64,000 nt of DNA from a virus. Under the pieces are notes generated by a model. It was not told the origin of the DNA, made no database searches, and worked only from the letters and a program-made list of their open reading frames with translations. The position numbers and the translations under genes were made by a program. Below, one piece after another: positions 1 to 9,333 of the stretch (the first letter of the stretch is position 1; every line of letters begins with the position of its first letter). Where the stretch lies: the IMG/VR virus record IMGVR_UViG_3300036795_000211, positions 1 to 64,000 of that record; one strand, given 5' to 3'.

Positions 1-50
1 GAAGGTATCCAGGTCGGGTACCTTTCCGGTGTCGCAGGCCTCGAACTGGG

Positions 51-509
51 ATGGAGCGAACGATGACCGAGTTCAGTGACGAGACCATCCGCAAGGGAAC
101 GGCGGACTGGTTCAACCGCGAAGGACCGTTCAACACGACCCTCGAGGAACTTACCCGGTACGCAACTGCGGTCGCGAGTGCCCCTCTCTCCGCCGTTAGC
201 CACTGGCTCACCCCGCGTTGCCCCGAGTGCGGGCTTTCGATCAAGGAGATGGGCGTCGACAAGGACGTGCACCTGATCATGCTCGGTAACGTTCTCGTGG
301 GTTGTGAGTGGTTCTGGGTGGTCAACCCGAACGCCGTTGGCATCGCGATGCCGAACTGGGATGACTGGACCGAGTCGTACGGTGACCTCGAGCTCTGGAA
401 AGAGACCGGCCGTCCGGGTAAGCCGATAGCGGAGAAGCCCCCGTGCACTTACCTGAGCCCCGGTGGCACTCCGTGTCGCCTTCGTCAGGACGGGCACTGG
501 CACGAATAG
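51..509 (+). CDS. hypothetical phage protein (CPEC zinc knuckle)
   Basis: 152-aa ORF packed with the downstream ORFs; start could be 63. Confidence 0.65.
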   Translation: MERTMTEFSDETIRKGTADWFNREGPFNTTLEELTRYATAVASAPLSAVSHWLTPRCPECGLSIKEMGVDKDVHLIMLGNVLVGCEWFWVVNPNAVGIAMPNWDDWTESYGDLELWKETGRPGKPIAEKPPCTYLSPGGTPCRLRQDGHWHE

Positions 510-531
510 CTGAAAGGGGACTACAACCGCG

Positions 532-837
532 ATGAAGGACCGTCCGTTCGTAACGCTGGCAAAGGAGTTGAACTACGTGATGAGTGGCGCACACGAGGTC
601 CCGAAGGACCTGCATGTCGGGACCGAGAACGCGGGACCCGAGGAGCAGATGTTCACCGTGGTCGTTTACGACCAGGGAGGCCGGACGGTGCTGTTCCGAC
701 AGATCGCCGGCTATTCCGCAGCTGGGGTCCTCACGCAGTACACCGAGCAGGTGTCCTCGGGTAACCCGGACTACGGAAAGGACACGACCGACGAGTCGTC
801 GGCTCCGTTCTACCGGGCAAGTGGGGTGACCCCGTGA
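532..837 (+). CDS. hypothetical protein
   Basis: SD-like gaaagggga upstream; 4-nt GTGA overlap with next ORF. Confidence 0.7.
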   Translation: MKDRPFVTLAKELNYVMSGAHEVPKDLHVGTENAGPEEQMFTVVVYDQGGRTVLFRQIAGYSAAGVLTQYTEQVSSGNPDYGKDTTDESSAPFYRASGVTP

Positions 838-1049
838 ACATCGACCAGGCCATACACGCGATTCGCGACAAGTGGGCAGTGCCGGTTAAGTCGATACCGG
901 ACCTGCGGTCTATCCTCGAGCAGATAAACCCGGACGAGGAGCCGAAGTGCGGCGCAATTACCTGGCCGTATACCGAGAACAACATCTGCGTCCTTAAGCC
1001 GCACAAAGGCGGAAGGCACAAGGACGCGCGGGAACGGGAGTTCGACTAA
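834..1049 (+). CDS. hypothetical protein (C..C-x-L..H..H motif)
   Basis: Translationally coupled at both ends. Confidence 0.65.
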   Translation: MNIDQAIHAIRDKWAVPVKSIPDLRSILEQINPDEEPKCGAITWPYTENNICVLKPHKGGRHKDAREREFD

Positions 1050-1189
1050 TGGACAAGTACTGGGTGGTCGTATACAAGGCGCAGCCGGGAACGAACACGA
1101 TCTGGTACAAGCAGTACGAGAACCGCGAGATCGAAGCCGCTTCGACCAGCGACGCCATTGACAAGGCCGCCGGCGAACAAGGGGACTGA
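1049..1189 (+). CDS. small hypothetical protein, 46 aa (not in ORF track)
   Basis: TAATG coupling with the previous gene; MDKYWVVVYKAQPG...AAGEQGD. Confidence 0.6.
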   Translation: MDKYWVVVYKAQPGTNTIWYKQYENREIEAASTSDAIDKAAGEQGD

Positions 1190-1202
1190 AAGGACTACAA
1201 CC

Positions 1203-1246
1203 CGAGGCAGCTCAGGTCCAGCTCATACCGGACCTGAGCTGCCTCG
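1203..1246. terminator. bidirectional terminator hairpin between the converging arms
   Basis: Perfect 17-bp inverted repeat cgaggcagctcaggtcc / ggacctgagctgcctcg with a 10-nt loop. Confidence 0.8.
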
Positions 1247-1261
1247 ATCTCCGGGTAGCGG

Positions 1262-1540
1262 TCAGACCGCGGAGAGGCCGAGCAACGTGACGGTCACCTG
1301 CTTGGACTGGCACGTGCGAATACCGCCGGACCCGTTCGCCTCCCAGCAGCGGACCTTCACCGACTTGGCACCGGTCACCAGAACCGATGCACCGATGATA
1401 CCGGCCATCGTCCCGGCCTGCGGCTGGTTTGGCGACGCCATCGCAGCGTCGATATTGTTCGCGAACGAGTGAGTGAAATACCCGCTCGAGTCCGTCGAAG
1501 TGGTAACTTCGTCGAACTGCGGGTCTCCGACAATGCTCAT
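1262..1540 (-). CDS. small beta-rich hypothetical protein
   Basis: SD gaaaggg upstream; last gene of the late arm. Confidence 0.65.
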   Translation of the reverse strand: MSIVGDPQFDEVTTSTDSSGYFTHSFANNIDAAMASPNQPQAGTMAGIIGASVLVTGAKSVKVRCWEANGSGGIRTCQSKQVTVTLLGLSAV

Positions 1541-1564
1541 AGTGCACCCTTTCGTTGGAGCTTA

Positions 1565-1715
1565 GCTGTTCTCCCCCGGGGATAGTCCGTCCAGTCGCTC
1601 TCTCACCAGTACCCGCAGTGGGTCGACAGTCGTCCCGGTTAAACGGTGTGAAGGCTATCCCTACCTAGGCACGCACCGTGTCGTTGGTAGCCGCGACTCG
1701 CCCGGGGGAGCAACT
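1565..1715 (-). ncRNA. candidate structured RNA (multibranch)
   Basis: Closing stem ctcccccggg (1571-80) / cccgggggag (1701-10) with nested stems; no ORF in the gap. Confidence 0.4.
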
Positions 1716-2216
1716 CTATGCGCCGACAAGCTCCAGCTCGGACCCGATGTTGGCTCGGATCAGATCGAAGCGGCGGCGAATCTCGAGGATCGCGTCATCG
1801 CAATCGGTGGTGAGGTGATCGGCTGGGAGCTCCACCGACTCGGTCACCGTAGTGCGGGTGAGCCGGATAAGGGTCGGTGAATCGTCCTCGAAGAAGCCGG
1901 GCGGGTCTTCGGTGGAGAGGTCCGGAATGAACCCGTGTTGCGTTCGGCCTTCGGCGATCTCGGAAAGAGTTGGCGGCGCCGTACGAATTGGTTCGGTATC
2001 GTGGTGCCGTGCCGGAGCTTGGACTCCCGCGCCCTCGTCGAGGATTGCGGTCAGCTCTTCGGTGATTCCGTGTCGCTCCTCCGCCTCGTAGTGCGCTTCC
2101 AGCTCTTCGATCTCGCGATCGAATCGGCGCTGCAGGTACATCGCCACGACGCAGGCCCCGAAAATGGCGGCCAGTATCAGCGATCCGACCCAGATAATCC
2201 GTGCGGTGGTGTCCAC
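1716..2216 (-). CDS. membrane protein, lysis-cassette associated
   Basis: One N-terminal TM helix; GTG start after GGAG; follows the endolysin. Confidence 0.7.
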   Translation of the reverse strand: MDTTARIIWVGSLILAAIFGACVVAMYLQRRFDREIEELEAHYEAEERHGITEELTAILDEGAGVQAPARHHDTEPIRTAPPTLSEIAEGRTQHGFIPDLSTEDPPGFFEDDSPTLIRLTRTTVTESVELPADHLTTDCDDAILEIRRRFDLIRANIGSELELVGA

Positions 2217-2268
2217 TCTTTCTCCGATCCTCGAAGGTAACCCGGACGCAGCACGGGTCAAGGGGTGG

Positions 2269-3351
2269 TTAGTAAACGTTAACGCCGACGGCGACGTTGT
2301 CCGCGGAACCGTGGCTGTCCCGAATGACCGAGATCATCGTGATGTGCGCTCCGCCGTCCGGGAAGTCGTAGCTGACCTGGCCGTCGTTCTGCGTGGTATC
2401 GGCGGGAACTCGGATGCGGTCACGCGTCCACGTCTTGTCGTTGTTGTTGTACGTGGCGACCTTCAGGTACGGCGAGTTGGCTCCGACGTCCGTAGCGTTG
2501 CAGCCGAACGCCATTCCGCCGGCACTGCCGCCGATCCACTTGTAGATGGTCTGCGCACCGGTGCCGTTGTTCAGGTCCTGCATGTCGTTGTCCTCCGTTG
2601 TTCCCGTTGACTGTCCATTGCCGCCGGTGATGAGTGCGGCGAGGTCACTAAGGCCGCCGGGTCGACTCGAGCAGTCGACGAATCCGGTACCGGCCCACGG
2701 CTCGTAGGTGCAGTTGCCGATCTGGCCGTTCGAGTGCTGCCACAACGTGTGCGGAAGCGTTGGCTCACTCTGACCGTACGCCGCGACCCAGGTATGCACC
2801 TGCGGGTTCGTGAAGATCGGCGAAAGTCCGGCGGTCATTGCGAAGTTGAGACCCGAGTAGAGCCAGTTACCGGAATAACCGGGGTACGCGGGGAGGAGAG
2901 TACCGACAGTAGCGAGCCAGGCGATAGCACGAGAGAGCTGGTTGCCGCCGCCCTCCTCGTGGTCGAGAATGGCGAATTCGCCGTCCTGCAGTGAGCCGAC
3001 AAGTGCCACGAAGGCTCGAGCCTGTGCGATCACGTCCTGATCTGCCCGCAGGTACTGGTAGATCCCGAGTGTCGAAACGCCGGCGTTGTGTGCGAGCGCT
3101 CGCCTTCCCGCGGCCCACGCGTTGTCGATGTGGCTGGTTCCGTAGAGCGCACGGATTACCGCTCCGCCGCCATTCTCACCGGTGATCCCGGACCAGTTCG
3201 AGTTGTTGAACTCCGAAAGGTCCGGGAGATGGAATCCCGACGTAATTCCGTGCGGAGTGGCGGCGAAAGCTCTGGCGCCCTGCGGAATCAAACCCGCACG
3301 GCCCATTACTCCCTCCGGCACGTCCACGACGTCCTGTGCGCTGATCGTCAT
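2269..3351 (-). CDS. endolysin, GH25 muramidase with unknown C-terminal domain
   Basis: PDLSEFN, GIYQY, ILDHEE, WVAAY, TLWQHS and VDCS motifs of GH25 lysozymes. Confidence 0.85.
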   Translation of the reverse strand: MTISAQDVVDVPEGVMGRAGLIPQGARAFAATPHGITSGFHLPDLSEFNNSNWSGITGENGGGAVIRALYGTSHIDNAWAAGRRALAHNAGVSTLGIYQYLRADQDVIAQARAFVALVGSLQDGEFAILDHEEGGGNQLSRAIAWLATVGTLLPAYPGYSGNWLYSGLNFAMTAGLSPIFTNPQVHTWVAAYGQSEPTLPHTLWQHSNGQIGNCTYEPWAGTGFVDCSSRPGGLSDLAALITGGNGQSTGTTEDNDMQDLNNGTGAQTIYKWIGGSAGGMAFGCNATDVGANSPYLKVATYNNNDKTWTRDRIRVPADTTQNDGQVSYDFPDGGAHITMISVIRDSHGSADNVAVGVNVY

Positions 3352-3383
3352 CCGGTGCCTCCTTTACCGTTGGCTATTCCCGA

Positions 3384-3412
3384 AGTCTAGCATGATAACC
3401 CCGAAAGGTCAA
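3384..3412 (-). promoter_or_regulatory. SigA/HrdB-type promoter for the endolysin
   Basis: TTGACC-17-TAGACT with extended TG. Confidence 0.65.
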
Positions 3413-3414
3413 TC

Positions 3415-3777
3415 TCAGTGGGGCACCGGTATCCCGTAGTGATGCGCCAGCTGGAGTAGCGAGTACGACGGCGGTGGAAGCGTTCCGCTACAGTGAAGTG
3501 TCGAGAACGAGTTTCGCGAATCAACTACGATCTGGATGCCGAGCTGCGACGCCTTTGCGTTCACGGGTGCGACAGCAATATCGCGGTAGAAACCGCAGGA
3601 ACCACGTACAGATAGAAAAAACACCACGAGACCGGCGCCGAATAGCACGGTCACGACTCCGTTGAGGATAAGGAACGCCAAAACAAGCCGACGCTGCTTC
3701 TTCGTCCACTGCTTGTATTCTTCATCGAGCACTTCCGGCGATAGCTGCGGCTCATGTGCGTGCTCATTCGTGGTCAC
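3415..3777 (-). CDS. membrane protein (lysis cassette)
   Basis: Single TM helix; located between tail genes and endolysin. Confidence 0.7.
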   Translation of the reverse strand: MTTNEHAHEPQLSPEVLDEEYKQWTKKQRRLVLAFLILNGVVTVLFGAGLVVFFLSVRGSCGFYRDIAVAPVNAKASQLGIQIVVDSRNSFSTLHCSGTLPPPSYSLLQLAHHYGIPVPH

Positions 3778-4184
3778 GCGGTTTCTCCTTTGCCGTGGAG
3801 GAATATCTCGCGGCTAGTGCGAATCTCGGTGACCACGGCCCCTTGTGCAGCATCGATTTGCCGTGTTATTGCCCCTAGCGACTCGGACATGTGGCGATGC
3901 AGCTCTTCGATTGCCGATCGACCGGACACGATGTCACCGAGTGTCTGTACCTGCGCTTGTAGTGCGGCTATCTGCTGTGCTTGCTGCTGATTCGTCGCAT
4001 GTAGATCTCTCGTCTCGACCTCCAGCGCTTCAGCTCGTTCACGATACGAATCCGCGGCCTGCTTGTAGTTGGTCACAATCGCCGTGTTTCGGGTCGAACG
4101 GAATACAGCTACGCCTCCTATCGACCCGGCAATAGCGAGGAGTACCGCAACGACTGCTGCGAGTACCGAGATGACGTTACCCAT
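3774..4184 (-). CDS. membrane protein with coiled coil (holin-like, lysis cassette)
   Basis: N-terminal TM helix followed by heptad-rich region. Confidence 0.7.
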   Translation of the reverse strand: MGNVISVLAAVVAVLLAIAGSIGGVAVFRSTRNTAIVTNYKQAADSYRERAEALEVETRDLHATNQQQAQQIAALQAQVQTLGDIVSGRSAIEELHRHMSESLGAITRQIDAAQGAVVTEIRTSREIFLHGKGETA

Positions 4185-4193
4185 CGGTCCCCC

Positions 4194-5357
4194 TCACTTC
4201 TTCTTCTTGAGCGGCTTCGTCGTCGTAATTGCCTGCGTCCGGGCGGGTGCCGCATTCGTAGCATTCTGCAGTAGCGTTGCGAAATCGGCACGGAAATTCT
4301 CGAACGGCGTAACCGTGGCCTGCATTGCCGCGTCGTCCCAGCTATACGCTCCGACCAGGAACTGCACCGGACCGCGGGTGACCTCGCCACTGAATGCGAA
4401 GTCCGAGAGGATAGCGCGACAGAACATCGTTACGGCGCCGTCTTGGTAGAACACGCCGGGATCGACTGGTACACCGCCCATGTTCGTCAACTGTCCGTAC
4501 TGAAGTACGAACGGGTCCGTAAAACCCGCACGGGTAAACCGCTTCATCACCGCCGCACCGATGTTCGTGGCAGCACCGGACGTCAATACGCCGCCACTAC
4601 TAACGTCCGTAAAGTCCTCGCGGCGTCCTTGCGTTGCGATTGCGCTTGAGCGATCGACCTCCACTAGGGCGTACTTCGCCGGAACGTTTCCTGCGTCCGC
4701 CGCACTGTTGTATCGAATGAAGAGTGCATTCGGACCCGAGGCAATTGACTGCGCCACCGGATCGGTAGCGATCAAGATGCGATTCGGCACGGTCGGTATC
4801 GGGAATACCGAAAGCCGATTCTGGTCACCCGGTCCTTCGGAGACCATCCACGTCAAGCCGCCCTTGGCGCACCCCGCGGTTAGCAGGTCCGCAACCGAGA
4901 TGCTGGCGGAATCGAACTTCTGACCGGTCCAGATCCCGGAAACGGCTCCGATGTTCGTTTGTCGGGTCCACGGGAGCCCCCGCGCTATCGCTTGGTCGAC
5001 CACGTCATTGAATACTGCGGCACCCCACGCCACCGTATAGACCGCACGGTAATCCGCACCCTGCGTTCCCGATCCGTGTGCCGTAATCGTCCACCCGGAG
5101 GACGCGGGAGAGGGCTCATCTAGGATTCCGGTCCACACTATCGACCCGCCACGGAACGCCTTTACCGTCCGACCCGGTGTGAGCGCTTCCGAGCGATCTC
5201 TCGGCGGCTTGATCCACGTGGCCGTTAGGGTATCACATCCGCCGGGAGTCGTAAAGCTGTACGTAGCAGGTGCAAGGTGCCCGATATGCGACAGCGATAT
5301 CCCTCTCGTGCCTCCCGGCGGAAAGGTTACGACATGTGTAAGCCCGGGCATCAGCAT
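4194..5357 (-). CDS. minor tail / baseplate hub protein
   Basis: PGGCDTL...VWTGILDEP...WTITAHG pattern of actinophage hub proteins; position. Confidence 0.7.
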   Translation of the reverse strand: MLMPGLTHVVTFPPGGTRGISLSHIGHLAPATYSFTTPGGCDTLTATWIKPPRDRSEALTPGRTVKAFRGGSIVWTGILDEPSPASSGWTITAHGSGTQGADYRAVYTVAWGAAVFNDVVDQAIARGLPWTRQTNIGAVSGIWTGQKFDSASISVADLLTAGCAKGGLTWMVSEGPGDQNRLSVFPIPTVPNRILIATDPVAQSIASGPNALFIRYNSAADAGNVPAKYALVEVDRSSAIATQGRREDFTDVSSGGVLTSGAATNIGAAVMKRFTRAGFTDPFVLQYGQLTNMGGVPVDPGVFYQDGAVTMFCRAILSDFAFSGEVTRGPVQFLVGAYSWDDAAMQATVTPFENFRADFATLLQNATNAAPARTQAITTTKPLKKKK

Positions 5358-5360
5358 CGG

Positions 5361-5705
5361 TCAGGACCCGGCCAGCTTGATGAACTTCGCCGCCTGCACG
5401 GCAAGGGACGGCGTCATCCCGTTGAGAGGCGTTCCCTCCTGCATTGCCGCGATTGTCGGCTGCAGGTCCGATACGAGCTGGATAATCGCGTCAACCTCCT
5501 CAACGGTATACGGAGCGTCCGGGTCCAGGTTGGCCAGATCGCCGTCCGGATTCGCCGGATCGGACGGGTTGGTGGTCAGCTCGTCAACGACAGCGATAAC
5601 GGACGTCGCTGTACGAATTGCGTCGGCCAGTTTGAGCCCGAGCTGCACGAGCGTGTTATCCAACTGGGCCCGGGTTAGTGGCGCCCCTGCCGTAAACTTC
5701 GCCAT
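5361..5705 (-). CDS. tail-region hypothetical protein
   Basis: Strong SD gaaggagg; gene packing. Confidence 0.7.
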   Translation of the reverse strand: MAKFTAGAPLTRAQLDNTLVQLGLKLADAIRTATSVIAVVDELTTNPSDPANPDGDLANLDPDAPYTVEEVDAIIQLVSDLQPTIAAMQEGTPLNGMTPSLAVQAAKFIKLAGS

Positions 5706-5718
5706 TACGCCTCCTTCG

Positions 5719-6216
5719 CTATCCGACCATTGTCAGTGTCGCAACTGAATCGGCCCCTACGGTATAGCTGCCACCGCCGGTAGTGGCAACTGCGACGTTT
5801 AGCGTACCGGCCACGCTTACCGTGAACGACCCGGAGAACAGCCACTCCACTGCCGTTCCCGCAGCATACGCTGGTGTGTTCCCGAGACCTAGTGCGGCGC
5901 CACTGAACTCACGGGTATTGATTCCCGCTTGCACGAACTGCGTCGCGACCTGCCAGTTGTTCGATACTCGACAGCTGGAGATCGAACACGATCCGCCGAA
6001 CCCGTTTGCTTGTGCAACGGCCGACGCACCCTGCGACCAGTTGACCATCCCGTGTATCTCGTACTGTCCCGGAACGACATTCCACGTCATTCCGGAAATC
6101 GAGACGGCTCCGACACCGCTTACTGGCTGGTTCGACGCAAGGATCTGCGGTTGCGGTATCCGGGCAAGTAGTGCGTCGAGTCGCTGCGCACTATCGACAG
6201 ACTTGTCGGACGTCAT
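5719..6216 (-). CDS. minor tail protein (beta-sandwich, receptor-binding-like)
   Basis: ATGA overlap with upstream tail gene; beta-rich. Confidence 0.65.
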   Translation of the reverse strand: MTSDKSVDSAQRLDALLARIPQPQILASNQPVSGVGAVSISGMTWNVVPGQYEIHGMVNWSQGASAVAQANGFGGSCSISSCRVSNNWQVATQFVQAGINTREFSGAALGLGNTPAYAAGTAVEWLFSGSFTVSVAGTLNVAVATTGGGSYTVGADSVATLTMVG

Positions 6217-9200
6217 TGCAGCCTCTCCGTCCACCACTGCGGCGGGTAGAACGCCGTGATACCGGGAAGTCCTTGTGCCGAGTACACGAACAGCCGGTTG
6301 TTCGCATTCGGGTACACGGCCAACGGACCACCACTGAACCTCTCGGCGTACTGCAGTGCCGATACTGCCTGGTCGCGGTCCAAGTTCGACCCGAGTATCC
6401 GACCAAGTTGCCGAGTAGTGTCCGGCTGATCGACCCAGATGTTATTGAATACCGAAATCGACCCTACGTTGACCAGGATGAACGTTCCCTTCGTATCAAC
6501 GAGGAACACGTCCAGGAAGCGATCGGAGGTATTGGTGTCAGTAATGGTCAGACCAAAGTACGGAGACAACGATCCTGGCGGTATGTCTGACAAAGGCAGC
6601 GTTACTGGTCCCATGTCGACAATGGTTTGAGTACCGAGTAGGTCAGTGGAAGGGACCAGGCCTTGACGCGGGATGTTCTGCGTCAAGGCCGTTCCACCGG
6701 GATACGGGTACTGACGGAGCTGGATCGTAATGTCGCGGGAGGCCGAGGGCGTGTTAACGGTACCGAGGACGGCGAACATCGTGTAGGTACCGTCATAACG
6801 AGCATTCAGGTTCCCGATGTCCGGGATCAGATACTCCGTAGCACCGTTCGGAACGTCCGTTGCCGTGATCGGACACAGTGGGTTGAAAGCGTCCGGCGCA
6901 TCACGAGGCGGGATATGCAGCGCCAAGCTTTGCAACGGAAGGATACCCGCGGCACCGAATGTCAGCCGGATCTTTCCGTTTGCGCCGGTAGCACCAAGGT
7001 AACCGGAACCGTCATCGGATCCACCGCCTCCACCGCCACCCGGACCTGTCGTCGGCGGCTTACCTTGTGACGCGGGTGCCGTGTTGACCCCGGAGAAACC
7101 ACCGTCCCCTCCCGGACCGCCGTCAAATACTGCCGGAGCACCGCCCCGTCCGTTCCCGTAGTTACCGGCGGACTTTCCTGCGGACCCCGGACCACCGGAA
7201 GAACCTCCACCGCCTCCGTGATCGTCACCAGCGGCGTTGGATTGTCTGCCGTCGCCACCGGGATAGTGCGCATAGTTCTGCGATCCATCGCCGCCCTTAC
7301 CACCGCCCCAAGCCGTGGACTGCCAGCCCCCGTCACCACCGTGCGCATATAGCTGTCGTCCACTGTCTCCCGAGAAGAACGAGTCACCGCCACCCTGCCC
7401 TTGGTTGCCTCCTCCGGTACCACCTGTTCCGCCGGCACCTACGAAGGGGTGGTAAACGGTTAGTGGCGTTACCGGAACGTTGAGCTCCATTACGTACTCA
7501 CCGGCGCCACCTCCACCGCCGCCGTGTCCGGGTTGCGCACCGGCACCTCCGGCTCCCGCGCCCCACCCTTCCTCTTTGTCTACGTGCGTTACGCCGGTCG
7601 GTGCCGTCCAGTTGTTCGATCCGGGCGTCGTGAACTCGGCAACGCTGGAGAAGGAGCTCGTTCCCGGAGCGGCTTGGATCGCTAGCGGCGTCCTTGCGGT
7701 ACCGACGATACCGGGTAGCTGGTAGAACGCACCGCGGGTACCGACAGTCCCAACCGAAGTTGGCTGTGCTTGGACGAGGTTGAGGTACGCGTCTGCCTGT
7801 AGTACCTCTTGCCCTTTCGACCCGGTAGACGTGACGGCATTCGCATCCCAGCGACTCCACATCTTAATCGACCAGCGGCTAATGGTCGTAAAGTCGAATC
7901 CGGAGGCCACCTGTGGAATGTGTGCACTAATCGACTGCCAGTGCGGCGAGTTAACCAGTGCCGAGGCATGACACGTCCGCTTGAAGCCGAACGAGTTCTT
8001 ATTTCCGGCGGAGTCGTATAGCGTTACCGCAAAGCTAACGGTACCGCGGTGCCAGACCGGCCACTGGTTAGACGGGGTCGACAATCCGAACCAGAAGGAG
8101 AACTTCGGACGACCCGTAATGTCAACCGGAGCCGGAAGTACGTGATCGTACAGTGGACGGCTGTGCCACTGTCGAGACCAGTGCGCACTAAAGCTACCGA
8201 ATGCCGTAACGGACGCCTTCGTCCACGTGGACCCGTTATCCGCACTGAATACCGGACCGCGATCGAGATAGCCGTCATCAAAGAAGTGCTGTTCGTTAGC
8301 GGCGCCCGTGCTGACTACCTGAGCGAGCAGACGAGCATACGCAGTTCCGGACGGCGCAATCAGCCCCGTGGACGTTACCTGCGTATACGCTGACGTCGTA
8401 TCAGCGGCACCGGAACCCGTAAGCGGACCGCCGATCTGCGTACCGGACGAGTCGAAGAAGTTTGCTCCGGTCTTACACGTTCTCGCTGACACTGCAGAAC
8501 GGAACCAGCCTTTTGCGGTGATCGAATCTCCGGCGTTGCACTTCAGTCCGGCGCCTTGCGCTCCGGTCGGTGAATCGATAAGCGGTGACGGTGCCGCACT
8601 ATGCGCTGCGAACATGTCACCGGAGGCAACGGAGGTAAGGCGGAGTGCGCCGGCTCCGGAATGTACCGGTGTCGTCACCCGAGCTATCGTACTGTTCCCC
8701 GCACCGACCCAGTTCGCAATCGTGGTATCGAACGTGGACGCATCACCGGTGAGGAAGTTGGCCGCTCCTACCGTTGACCCGAAGTCGTCAATCAATACCG
8801 TCGTAGGCGGAGGCGGGAACTGCTGGGACGGCGAGTTGAACTGGATTAGCTCCTGCGTGTCGGAACGACCGTACGGAAAGGCGGCAAACGACACATCGAC
8901 CAACGAGAACAGACCCTGCTCGGTCAATACCGAGTAGTGCACGACCACCGAGCTCAAGCCCATGCAGTCGAGAATCAGTGGTTCGGCGCCTTCGCGGGTC
9001 CAGATGAGCTCCCACGAATCCTGCGCTGTCGTTTGCAGCAGCAGCTCTCTTGCTCCGGCCAGCGTCAATCGATCAGCGATGTGATCTCCGGTTGACGGGA
9101 CGCCCATCACGACCGGAATGGTCGGAGCACGATTCGAGGCCCGGAAGCCGGTGATCACTTCACCGTCAAGTAGCAACGAAGCCGTTTGCTCGGACGTCAT

Positions 9201-9326
9201 CTGCGGAGCCGAAAGATCGAACCCGGTACCGAGGTAGAAGTACGCACCTACGCACTGCGGGTTCATGCTAGGTACGCCGCCGCCTAGCAGCTCAATGATC
9301 CCGCCGATTACCAAGCTGTCAGTCAT
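6213..9326 (-). CDS. distal tail (Dit-like) protein with inserted carbohydrate-binding and Gly-rich domains
   Basis: Directly follows the tape measure; CBM-like segment (HSGAGALRLT...APSGTAYARL...FFDDG); Gly-rich repeats. Confidence 0.75.
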   Translation of the reverse strand: MTDSLVIGGIIELLGGGVPSMNPQCVGAYFYLGTGFDLSAPQMTSEQTASLLLDGEVITGFRASNRAPTIPVVMGVPSTGDHIADRLTLAGARELLLQTTAQDSWELIWTREGAEPLILDCMGLSSVVVHYSVLTEQGLFSLVDVSFAAFPYGRSDTQELIQFNSPSQQFPPPPTTVLIDDFGSTVGAANFLTGDASTFDTTIANWVGAGNSTIARVTTPVHSGAGALRLTSVASGDMFAAHSAAPSPLIDSPTGAQGAGLKCNAGDSITAKGWFRSAVSARTCKTGANFFDSSGTQIGGPLTGSGAADTTSAYTQVTSTGLIAPSGTAYARLLAQVVSTGAANEQHFFDDGYLDRGPVFSADNGSTWTKASVTAFGSFSAHWSRQWHSRPLYDHVLPAPVDITGRPKFSFWFGLSTPSNQWPVWHRGTVSFAVTLYDSAGNKNSFGFKRTCHASALVNSPHWQSISAHIPQVASGFDFTTISRWSIKMWSRWDANAVTSTGSKGQEVLQADAYLNLVQAQPTSVGTVGTRGAFYQLPGIVGTARTPLAIQAAPGTSSFSSVAEFTTPGSNNWTAPTGVTHVDKEEGWGAGAGGAGAQPGHGGGGGGAGEYVMELNVPVTPLTVYHPFVGAGGTGGTGGGNQGQGGGDSFFSGDSGRQLYAHGGDGGWQSTAWGGGKGGDGSQNYAHYPGGDGRQSNAAGDDHGGGGGSSGGPGSAGKSAGNYGNGRGGAPAVFDGGPGGDGGFSGVNTAPASQGKPPTTGPGGGGGGGSDDGSGYLGATGANGKIRLTFGAAGILPLQSLALHIPPRDAPDAFNPLCPITATDVPNGATEYLIPDIGNLNARYDGTYTMFAVLGTVNTPSASRDITIQLRQYPYPGGTALTQNIPRQGLVPSTDLLGTQTIVDMGPVTLPLSDIPPGSLSPYFGLTITDTNTSDRFLDVFLVDTKGTFILVNVGSISVFNNIWVDQPDTTRQLGRILGSNLDRDQAVSALQYAERFSGGPLAVYPNANNRLFVYSAQGLPGITAFYPPQWWTERLQ

Positions 9327-9333
9327 ATCACCC

